Shown here piece after piece: positions 1 through 12,019 of a DNA stretch of 64,000 nucleotides (its first letter is position 1; each line of letters begins with the position of its first letter). Under the pieces are notes generated by a model that made no database searches, had not been told where the DNA came from, and saw nothing but the letters and a program-made list of their open reading frames with translations. Made by a program: the position numbers and the translations under genes. This stretch comes from Octopus bimaculoides (lineage: Eukaryota). Location of the stretch: the NCBI RefSeq assembly GCF_001194135.2, contig NC_068982.1, positions 166,404,472 to 166,468,471 on the forward strand. The letters are read 5' to 3'.

Positions 1-560
1 TATCACATCTAGACTTACCATCTGGTTGGATTCAATGGGGGTATCCTTGATCAATTCTGTGAAGTAGGTGGAATTCTTCACGTATGATGTTGACTTTCCT
101 GCTAATGGACTGATTATATCCACAAAGAAAGCGGCTCAGTGGATGACATGCTGAACCTCTACAGCTCACTATAGGTCTTAATGGAATATCATCCTTGTGA
201 ATCTTAGGAAGACCGTACATGTGTGGTAGTTTACTGTAGTGTTGAGTCAGTTGTCTGTACTTCATTGGTGTAAAGTGATCCTTGTTCTTGATGAAGATCT
301 GTGACAACTTCCTCTCTGTTTTCAAAGTAGGGTCTTTCTTTAGTTTGCTGTAGCTACCGTCACTTATAAGACTTGCCAGTTTTTCCGAGTAATCAAACTT
401 GTTCATCACCACTGTAGCATTTCCCGGAATTGTCACTCTGTAGTCTTTTGATAGCGAACGGTTCTTCCTTAGTGATGTTTGGTTTGGGAAGTTTTGCTTT
501 TTCTAGTACCTGTCTCACTTCCCACCTTAGTTCATCTCCCTGAGCTTTTGGTATCTTTAT
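1..560 (-). mobile_element. Penelope-like element (PLE) reverse transcriptase fragment, frameshifted
   Basis: ORFs 393-596 and 32-436 join via a frameshift to give 'LEKAKLPKPNITKEE...GNATVVMNKFDYSEKL...YGLPKIHKDDIPLRPIVS', the characteristic N-terminal RT region of PLEs. Runs off the window edge and lies in an IDUA intron. Confidence 0.85.
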
Positions 561-795
561 GATGAAACACACACTCATATATATATACATCCACACATGT
601 ATGAGTTATTTGACAGTTTTTACTTTGTCCCAGGCCTACCTTGATCAATCAGATTAAAGGTGTTCTAGCCAAAGCTATCCCAACTTTTACAGAAAGAAAC
701 TGTGTAACAAACAGTAAACAGGAGCGTTCCAGTTTACAGAATACAATGAAGAATATAAAAAATATAACCATCAGATAACTATCTTTCATACTTAC

Positions 796-3700
796 TTTGT
801 TCCAATGAATTTATCAGACCACACCACTAACACCTGGCTAGAAGTTACTTTATACACTTGGACAGCCGATGCCTGTAAGGATGAGAAAAATTTTTTTTTT
901 CATTTCATTTTTGTTTCATGAAAAATATGAAATCTGCTTCCCAACCACATGGTTTCAGGTTCAGTCCCACTGTGTGGCATCTTGAACAAGCATCTTCCTT
1001 GGACTGACCAAAGCTTTGTGAATGGATTTGGTAGGCAGAAACTGAAAGAAACCCATCATTATGACTCAATTTCTGTCTATCAGCCCTTTCCCGCTTATTC
1101 ATTCATTCCACTCTTCGTTCTTTCGTTCCCCCTGTCTCACATTTCCTTGCCTTCTCTTCTTGCTCACTTTCCCTCCACTGGAGGCGACAGTGGTGGTGGC
1201 AGCAGCAGTGGTGAGACCGATGACAATGATCATGACAATGATCATGACAACAATGACATGTATGTCAATCCTGGTACTGATAGTAATAAAGATAAAAATT
1301 CTTACTAATTTTGACACAAGGCCAGCAATTTTGAGGGAAGGGAGCAAGTTCATTACATCGACCTCAGCTTTTGATTGGTACTGATTTTATTGATCTACGA
1401 GGGAGGAAAGGCAAAGTTGACCCCAGCAGAATTTGAACCCAGAATGTAATAATTTGGAACAAATGCTGCTATGCATTTTGTCCGATGTGCTAATGATTCT
1501 GCCAGCTTTCTGGTGAGGATAATAATGAAATGTAAGTAGGAGAGACTGGTTGTGCTGTTGTAGACGATGGTGAAGATATCAGTGATGATAATCATGATGA
1601 TGACGATGATGATGATAATCATCATCATCACTGATATCTTCACCATCGTCTACAACAGCACAACCAGTCTCTCCTACTTACATTTCATTATTATCCTCAC
1701 CAGAAAGCTGGCAGAATCATTAGCACATCGGACAAAATGCATAGCAGTATTTGTTCCAAATTATTACATTCTGGGTTCAAATTCTGCTGGGGTCAACAAA
1801 AATGACGATGATGATGATGATGGTGGTGGCAACAGCAATAATAATGATTATGACAGCAACTATATTAGTGGAGTTGATGATGCTGACAATAACAATGATG
1901 ATAAGACAGCAATGACAGTGAAGATGATGGCAATGAAATTAATGACAATAATGATTTTAATGACAATCATCATCATCATCGTTTAACGTCCGCTTTCCAT
2001 GCTAGCATGGGTTGGACGATTTGACTGAGAACTGGTGCAACCGGATGGCTACACCAGGCTCCAATCTAATTTGGCAGAGTTTCTACAGCTGGATGCCCTT
2101 CCTAATGCCAACCACTCAGAGAGTGTAGTGGGTGCTTTTACGCGTCACCCGCACAAAAACGGCCACGCTCAAAATGGTGTCTTTTATGTGCCACCCGCAC
2201 AAGAGCCAGTCCAGGGGCACTGGCAACGATCTCACTTGGCTTGCCGGTTCTTCTCACGCACAGCACATTTTCAAAGGTCTCGGTCAGTAGTCATCGCCTC
2301 GGTGAGGCCCAATGTTCGAAGGTCTTGCCTCACCACCTCAGCCCAGGTCTTCCTGGGCCTACCTCTTCCACGGGTTCCCTCAACTGTTAGGGAATGATCA
2401 CTGAGATGATAATGCAGAAGAGAAGAAAATAATGTGTGAAAATCTCTATGTAATGGTTACCTGTCCTGGTGGGTGTGGTGCTTTGGAACAGATATGAACA
2501 AGTAGTAAAGCTGGAGCCACAAAGGATTGTAGTTTCACTGTGATAATTCCAGGCTTTACAACACTTTTATCTATGACATTGGGTCCCTGTAAATAAAGCA
2601 ACAATATATCAGTCTAAAAAAAAAAAAGAGTAGTTACAAAACATGTTGAAAATAAATTACAATTACTGGTCATACTGTTGAGTAATCCCAGTCAGTTCTG
2701 CTGAATCAAACTTACAAGGCAAAAGGTTAACAATTCAATGATTAAGAGCAATACACAGGCCCAGTGCAGTGTAGGAGACTGAGTATATTATGATATGGGC
2801 TGTGGTAAAGCAAGAAGAACATGTGTAAAAGTTGATAGTTGTAATAGAGACATTAGTCTCTCTCTATCACCTTTCAACAGCATTATATATTAAGGAACAG
2901 TAGAACAATTTAACAACATAATAAAAATAAGTTTTATTTTTTTGATGATGCTTGGTTATATAAATCCTGTGTCACTCAGCTTAGCAGCTGCTGATTAATT
3001 TGTAATCGGTATTGGAAGATTACGAGCTTCCTTAATGCATGCCAGAGGAGCAAATAGCTATCATATTGATAGCATCGTGGTGAAGAGTGCTTCGATGAGG
3101 AGCGAGGTGTTGTCACGTAGAAGGTCTCGCGCTCAACTATCTAAGAAAGTGAAACCAACTCTTTAAGTACTAGTTTTACTACGCATGCGCACTTGAGGGG
3201 CTTTCGGTGGCGAAGTCCCTTGCGCATTCGCAGAATAGTACTTCCTCAATGGCGGCTATAATTTCGCGCCACTACACATGTATCTGTTTCGTATCAAGAC
3301 AATTACCCTACTAGGACGATTCCAACGATGACAACTACCCTCAGAACAATTACCCCACCTTGGTTAATTACCCCACTCTCCAATATATTAAGAAGTTTTA
3401 AATCATCATCTAAAAGTGCAAATTATATGCGATTCCTTGCAAATATTGTATCACATTTATGTTTTCATAATTGCTAACTACAGCTTTAATATGGGCTGAA
3501 ACATTTAAATATTTCTTTCTAGATGGCTGTTTAGCAAAACCCGTCAAGGACTGAGTCAAATATTTGTTGTAATGCTTGTTCTCTTTTGATATATTTTAAA
3601 AACTTCTAAATGTTTGGGTGGCAACAACCAGCATTTGGTAAAAAAAAGACTATTGTACCACCCTGCCACAACATTGTTTGTTCTTGGAAGTTCATCCAAC

Positions 3701-4940
3701 ATTCTGTTGTACATATTCCACAGATCCATTCCAAACACTGGTTCTCGCTGTCTTCCTCTTTGACATGGTCGTCCTAAGTATGTATCCTCAAAGTAATCTT
3801 GCAAGGAACATGTTTCTGGTGGGAGTATTTCACACAGGGTTTCAAAAGGTTTTCAACATCACAAGTAGGAACAAAAGCTAGTGAGCAGGCAGATTCATTG
3901 CACACCAGGCAAAATGGTGAGCAACATTTTACCCATCTTTATGTGAGTGCAAATTCTGCCAAGGTCAGCTTTGTCTTTCATCCTTTGGGGGTCGATAAAA
4001 TAAGGTCAGTGTAATTAACTGACCTGCTCCCCAAAAATTGTAGGCCTCAAGCCAAAATTTGAAACCGTTATTATTTTATGCAAAATTAGTTAAAAAAGAA
4101 CAAGACACACAAAGGTAATTGAAGGAAATACCTCCTGTTGACGCATAGCATGAAATTGTTCCTTGGTTGGATAAGAAGGTTTACCCATCTTCTTCCATAG
4201 CATAAAAGGATTCCCATAAGTGTTGTTCATCTTGAATATTATCATGTAGAGATCTTGAAAAATATACATTAAAAGAAAAAAAAAACACAAATATATAGTG
4301 CGTGAATTTATTTGGCCCAAAAAAATTTATCGTCCCGAAATATAACAATCTCCGATTCAGCACACGATTTCACATCAGGAATCTTGCAAAACCAATACAA
4401 ATTCACTTTCCATTTATTTCTCAGTGTCAAAATTTATGTTGCACTTCTAAGACCTAATCTCTGACATAGTTCCACTGCAACTCTAACTGCTTAGTTGCAA
4501 TGAAATTGTGTCAGTGTCCAGACTGCAGTTATTGCAGTGGGATAATGCAAGTAACCTGATTGCAGTTGTGCAATATGAATACTGACATTTCAAGCAATAA
4601 ATATAAATAAATAATAGATTTTAAGTTTCTGTATGATTTTAAAAGACTAAAGTGACTGTTCACTGATTAGTTACTTCAGTTTCAATACACAGTCTCAGCT
4701 CAAAGGACTGGTTAGAGAAGTACAACTTGGAAACTACAATACTGTTATATTGTAGAAGAAAGAGAAGGGGATAGAGGTGGAGATAGCAGCAGCAGTGACA
4801 GTAATTGATAGTGAGTCTTGTAGCTAAGATTTAATTTAAGAGAGATGAGGATGAATTGTGTCTGCACCACCACCACCACCACCACCAGCATGATCACAGT
4901 GGCTGCTTCTCATCTTCCTTACATTTTATACCTTCTGATC

Positions 4941-4982
<42 letters not shown>

Positions 4983-5230
4983 GTACACAAACAACTTCTA
5001 ATGTATGATTCTAATAATGAATAATGGAATCTGATGTTTAGACTTGTTATTTCTTTTTTAATGATTTCTTACCTCTGCTTTGGGAAACTGGAGGATCAAT
5101 GAATATCTTAACTTCTACGCTTTCTCCATCTTGTTTGATATTTCTCTCTTCTAGCTCTCCTGGTCCTGGATCAGTGGCATTGTACAACAATAAACATACC
5201 TGGAAGCTAATAAGATATATATATACATGA

Positions 5231-5298
<68 letters not shown>

Positions 5299-7599
5299 TC
5301 ATCATCGTTTAACGTCCACTTTCCATGCTAGCATGAGTTGGACAATCTGACTGAGCACTGGCGAACCAGATGGCTGCACCAGGCTCCAATCTGATCTGGC
5401 AGAGTTTGTACAGCTGGATGCCCTTCCTAACGCCAACCACTCTGAGAGTGTAGTGGGTGCTTTTACGTGCCACTGGCACGAGGGCCAGTCAGGCAGTACT
5501 GGCAACAGCCACACTCAAATGGTGTTTTTTACGTGCCACCTGCACAGGAGCCAGTCCAGCAGCACTGGCAACAACCTCGCTCAAATGCTTTTTCATGTGC
5601 CACCGGCACAAATGCCAGTACAGTGATGCTGGTAACGATCACGCTCAAATAGTGCTTTTTACGTGCCACTGGCATGGAAGCCAGGCAGCTGCTCTGGCAA
5701 TGATCACGCTCGGACAGTGCAGTTAGTGCTCCACTGGCACGGGTGCCAGTCATTGAATTTGGTTCGATTTTGAATTCACTTGCCCCAACAGGTCTTTGCA
5801 AGCAGAGCTTAGTGTCCAATGAAGGAAGGTTGGCATGGATGCCAGTCCGCGAATTTGGTTTAATTTCAATTTCACTTGTCTCAACAGGTCTTCGCAAGCA
5901 GAGTTTAGTGTCCAATGAAGGAAACGCACGCATAAGTGGGCTGGCTACACCCGTGGCAAAGCCACAGGTTATGGTCTCACTTGGCTTGCCAGGTCTTCTC
6001 ACACACAGCATATTTCCAAAGGTCTCGGTCATTAGTCATTGCCTCAGTGAGGCCTAACGTTTGAAGGTCGTGCTTCACACACAAACACACACACACACAT
6101 ATTTCTATTGATACAGAAGCACAATACTTATGTTTGTTTATATATGTCAGTGCAGTATTGGTACATATTTAATTAACTCTCACTTGAATCTGCCTCTAAT
6201 GAAATTTAGAAAAGCAGTGCTCATGACCATTTACAGAACTTTCAAGACTGGTGGTAGGGAAAGAGATATCCCCAAACCTCTCATCACCCTTGTTATGTCC
6301 AATTTTCACCCCTGGGTCCACACCAATCCTATGCCCAATCTTTCCTCCTCAGAACATTGGTCCTTTGGAATCTTCTCCCTTGCTTATGTCTTTCCAGCAA
6401 GTGTCGACTTGCAACTGTTTAAACAGAACAGTAATGGCATCAGTCTTGTCAGTTTTCTTTCCCTTTCTTTAGCCTCAACAGGTAAGAAAAAAATGCCTTA
6501 ATGTAGTTGCTTGACCCATTAAGACTAGCAATCAAACGACTCCAAAATAATGCCTTTTTCCCATCCAGCAGTTTTTTATCCACTGTTGGGTGAAGTCTCA
6601 ATATTGATACTGAATGCAGTCTGACTTTCATGCAGGTCAATCAAAGGTTGGATGGGATGCTCCTGCAGTTATATGGTTAGCTCTGACTATTAAAACTTAG
6701 CTAGAATGGCTCAGAATGCAAAGAAGTGAAACCATTACTTATAACTCTTAAACTTACTATCAACCTTAAAAAAATGAAAAAGCAAAACTGACCTCATCAG
6801 AATTTGAACACAGAGTGCAGAGAATTAAAATGAATACAGTGAAGCATTCCACATAATGTTTTAATGACTCAGCTGATTTACAATCAAGCTAAATGTTATT
6901 ATTATAACACAGCTTACTGTCTGGAAAATGAAAAGACAAAACTGAATAATGTAATCTAGAAAAATAGAATGGTCATGATTGGAAAATCTTCATCATTCAT
7001 ATCTCTTAAGTGAACCTAGATATAAACAACAATTTTTTCTTATACTGTGCATGTAAAGCATCCAGCAATAAAGTAGCATAATGTTCTAATATGCATTAAG
7101 ATGTATGTCATTCCTCACCTGTCTGACACTGCAGATGCCACAGGATAATGAACTGAGCCAATTCCTCCAAAATCGTTAGTTGAAATATCTGGAAAAAAAT
7201 CTCATGAATCATTATCATCATCATCAAACATAGACAGATAGATAGACAGACAGATAGATAGACAGACAGATAGATAGACAGACAGATAGATAGACAGACA
7301 AACAGATGTGTGTGTGTGTGCCACCTTGGTTAATGCTCCTCTCCCAGCTGAAGGGGTGTTTTGTCTTGCAAATTACTCAGTGACCCTATCGGTGCTGGTG
7401 CCACAAAAAAAGCAGCTGTGCTGGTACCACTTAAGGAGCACATGTGACGGTGCCACATAAAAAGCACATAAAGTACGAGGCCTTGGTCAGCCTGGACTAC
7501 AGTAGAGAATACTTGCCAGTGGTGGCCAAACAGAGGAACTGAACCCCAAAACACATGACTGGGAAAAAAGTTTAACCACACAGCCACACCAGTGCCTAT

Positions 7600-7635
<36 letters not shown>

Positions 7636-8143
7636 CATTATCATTTAATGTTCATCTTCCATGCATGCATGGGTAGGATGGTTGACAGGAGCTGGCTTGG
7701 TAGAAAACTACCCAAGGCTACTGTGTCTGTTTTGGCAGGGATTTTACAGCTAGATGCCCTTCCTAACACCAACCACTCTGCAGAGTGGCAGTGCTTTTTA
7801 CTTGGCACTAGCACAGGCAAGGTTAGTTTTGGCATGGTTTTTACAGCTGGATGCCCTTCCAATCGCCAAACACTTTACAGTGTGGACTGGATGCTTTTAA
7901 TGTGACACCAGCACTGGCAGGATAACCAAGTAACTCACAAGACAAGAAATTATGAGAGGAGCAGTGACATTTGAGGAGGGGAACTTGTGTCAGAGTATGG
8001 TCTTATAAGGATAAAACACCCAATCTTTCTACTGTTTTCACAGCAATACTGCATTCGAAATTTACTTTCTTGTCTGCAAAATACAAAATGCATTCAACAC
8101 TTCCAAAATTTGTTTATTAAAGTTTGTTTATAGAATGTTGTTG

Positions 8144-8192
<49 letters not shown>

Positions 8193-11100
8193 TATATAAA
8201 TATAGATATAGATATATATATATGTATACATGTGCATAAGTGGCTATACTTTGTTGTAAATATCCAAAACAATGCCAGTAAAGTAATGACATTGCGGTCA
8301 CACACTGTACATGGTGTGTATCATATTTAGCTAGTTCTAATCCAATCAACTGACAGGATCTGTCTTCATTGCTTGGGTGTTAGATAGGAATTAGCCAAAT
8401 ATGAACTACATAATAAATTAAAATAAAAGTAAGAAAGAACATACTAGGAACATGATGTTTAGTAATATTGACATTCAGTTTTCTGTTGCCAAGGTAAGCC
8501 AACAGCATCATAGCAGAGTATACTGGTTTATGCACAAACTGCACATGTGGTGGTTTTGTGTTATTCATCTGGAACCTGGCAAGCAGAGTGCGCTGAGTAA
8601 ACTGGTGTGGATAATAGCTTAAGAATGCATTATCATTGCTCAATAAAGTGAAATTCATGTGTTTCAGAAACTTCCTTTGTTGGTGGAGGGCAATTACCTG
8701 ACAAAAGAATATATATATAAAAAAAAAAAAGCATAAGCATACTGAGTGAATACATAGTATGTTTAAGTGGTTAAAGATTAATAATGTTTCTCGACCATCT
8801 TTTACATATGGAACCCTTTGGTTCGTATTCACTCAGATGGATCTCAGCGATTCAACATTTAAAACAATCCTATTATATTTTTATGATTAAATACTATTAG
8901 GAACTGTATTAAAATAATTATTAAAATGTTTTGTGTATTGCAAAAGTATAACCAATTTATTGGTGATAAATTTTAACAACAAAATCCTGTATGGACCCCA
9001 GTTGAGAAACACTGGATTAATACAAGGATGTTCTTTCATAGATAACTCTATTATACTGGTCTAATGTTTATATTGTTCCTAAAGCATTAAACCAATGAGA
9101 GAAATATTTCATGTGTATGTGTGTAAAATCGATCATAGCTCCAGCAATAGTGGTGGTAGTATTGACATCATAATCTTTGGTGAACATCATGGATTCAGAC
9201 CTCAAAACTCTTCCTCAGAGCTCACAATTCTACTTTACTATATAAGATCTCACACATTATATCCTGAATTTCTGGCGATAACATCGCCTTTCTGGCACTT
9301 GTGCTCGCAGCATGTCTAAGGACTTTCGAGCAAGATCGTTGCCAGTGCCCCTGGACTGGCTCTTGTGCGGGTGGCACATAAAATACACCATTTTGAGCGT
9401 GGCCGTTGCCAGTACTGCCTGACTGGCCTTCATGCGGGTGACACATAAAAGCAACCACTACACTCTCTGAGTAGTTGGCGTTNNNNNNNNNNNNNNNNNN
9501 NNNNNNNNNNNNNNNNNNNNNNNNNNNNNNNNNNNNNNNNNNNNNNNNNNNNNNNNNNNNNNNNNNNNNNNNNNNNNNNNNNNNNNNNNNNNNNNNNNNN
9601 NNNNNNNNNNNNNNNNNNNNNNNNNNNNNNNNNNNNNNNNNNNNNNNNNNNNNNNNNNNNNNNNNNNNNNNNNNNNNNNNNNNNNNNNNNNNNNNNNNNN
9701 NNNNNNNNNNNNNNNNNNNNNNNNNNNNNNNNNNNNNNNNNNNNNNNNNNNNNNNNNNNNNNNNNNNNNNNNNNNNNNNNNNNNNNNNNNNNNNNNNNNN
9801 NNNNNNNNNNNNNNNNNNNNNNNNNNNNNNNNNNNNNNNNNNNNNNNNNNNNNNNNNNNNNNNNNNNNNNNNNNNNNNNNNNNNNNNNNNNNNNNNNNNN
9901 NNNNNNNNNNNNNNNNNNNNNNNNNNNNNNNNNNNNNNNNNNNNNNNNNNNNNNNNNNNNNNNNNNNNNNNNNNNNNNNNNNNNNNNNNNNNNNNNNNNN
10001 NNNNNNNNNNNNNNNNNNNNNNNNNNNNNNNNNNNNNNNNNNNNNNNNNNNNNNNNNNNNNNNNNNNNNNNNNNNNNNNNNNNNNNNNNNNNNNNNNNNN
10101 NNNNNNNNNNNNNNNNNNNNNNNNNNNNNNNNNNNNNNNNNNNNNNNNNNNNNNNNNNNNNNNNNNNNNNNNNNNNNNNNNNNNNNNNNNNNNNNNNNNN
10201 NNNNNNNNNNNNNNNNNNNTCGAGCGAGATCGTTGCCAGTGCCCCTGGACTGGCTCTTCTGCAGGTGGCACATAAAAGACACCATTTTGAGCGTGGCCGT
10301 TTTCGTGCGGGTGACACGTAAAAGCACCCACTACACTCTCTGAGTGGTTGGCGTTAGGAAGGGCATCCAGCTGTAGAAACTCTGCCAAATTAGATTGGAG
10401 CCTGGTGTAGCCATCCGGTTGCACCAGTCCTCAGTCAAATCGTCCAACCCATGCTAGCATGGAAAGCGGACGTTAAACGATGATGATGATGATGATGATA
10501 TATATGTACGTACATATATACATACATATATATGTACATACACACAAATATATATAGCAAAACAAAACAGGAGAGTTAGTTCATAAATTTTTTGTTACAT
10601 TATCTTACATCTATTTCATTAACAATGAAAGCCATATTATATAAGGAAAAATTATTGGTAGATTCCATGGTCAAATCTTCAGAAACTGCGTAACTCTCAT
10701 TAATAACAGTTTAAAATTAAATCAGGCTAGACTGTATTTATGCAGAAGGATGGTCAAACAAAAACAAACTCAACATATATAATTGTCATTGGTTTTTCAC
10801 AGTAGTTGCAGCAGTCCAGACCAATAGGGAACCAGTCTATGGGCTAAATGGTTGACAGTTTTTGGCTCCATTTTTATAATACTAAGCTGACCGGAGATAA
10901 TTCTTCTTCTTAGAAGACAACTACCAATTCCCAACTAAAAAGCAAGTGTAGAATTAAGAGAAAATAAAGGCCTAATTTCACACCTAAACACTCATACAAG
11001 TATTTGGATTCAAGCTCCATAATAATCTTCGTTGTCCATCATTATTTCTACTCAACCAGTCTTCTTTTATCAAAGAACAGTTTTTATCATCATCAAGATT

Positions 11101-11947
11101 CTACTTTAAGAAAAATGAGTGAATTCTTGGAATTGTATTTTTTATATTGAGGATGTACACATGCTTCACTGATAGTGTCAATGTTACCCTAACATATTTG
11201 TTGCTTACTGTGACACCCATGATTCTTGTTTTGCTGTCAAATAAAGATACAAACTCCTGACTACATACCCCATCATATTTTGGTTAAGATATAAATATTT
11301 AAAACTGCCTGCTCCCTCAAAACAGTGAACAGTGATTAGAAAATATGGATGAAAAACAGAAAATAAAATTACTCACTCATTATAGAAAGGTTTTGATTGT
11401 AAGGATGGATATTTGGTATAAATTTCTTCAGAAAGACGTTTTTCAAGTTCAAGAATACGATTTGCCATTCCATCTCCCTTGGGTCAAAAAGATATTTTAG
11501 AATTACATGATATGTGTGCATATATCATCATTATTTAATGTTCATTTTCCATGCTGGCGTGTGAGTGTGTCCCATAATATATATCCTAACAACATGAAAC
11601 CTATGGATCAAAATATATTTTGGCAAACCACCACAGAGGATTTTGAATCTAAAAGAGAATGCATGAGATCAACAATTAGAGAATATTCATTTCTGGCTTT
11701 TACCTCTAAAATTCATTCACCACAAATCTAAGTATGTTAATATGGAGCAAATATATTAATTCATATACTTTTTGGTCTCTTCCCTAACTTTCATTGAAGA
11801 TTTATTGTCAAAACCTCTTTGAGGTGTGAACATTGATGCCTGAGCAAAAGAGCACAAAACCCAGCTATACAAGAGCCTATGGGACTGGAATAAGAATCAA
11901 ATTGCTGATACTTTAATTGCTAATTTAGAATTCTCTCTCTCTCTCTC

Positions 11948-12019
<72 letters not shown>

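Noticed and set aside
5193-5206. Second acceptor 'cttccag|GTATGT' 7 nt inside an IDUA exon, resembling a recursive splice site
   Set aside because: Only the upstream AG (exon start 5206) keeps the frame. No evidence for use of the inner site.
5466-5712. Regularly spaced ~63-bp repeats that look array-like
   Set aside because: Internal tandem subrepeats of the RTE 3' UTR with no unique spacers; not a CRISPR array.
9222-10424. Recurrent '[28 protein letters not shown]' ORFs (also 2035, 19663, 28405, 35148)
   Set aside because: Antisense readings of the RTE 3' UTR repeat; not a gene family.
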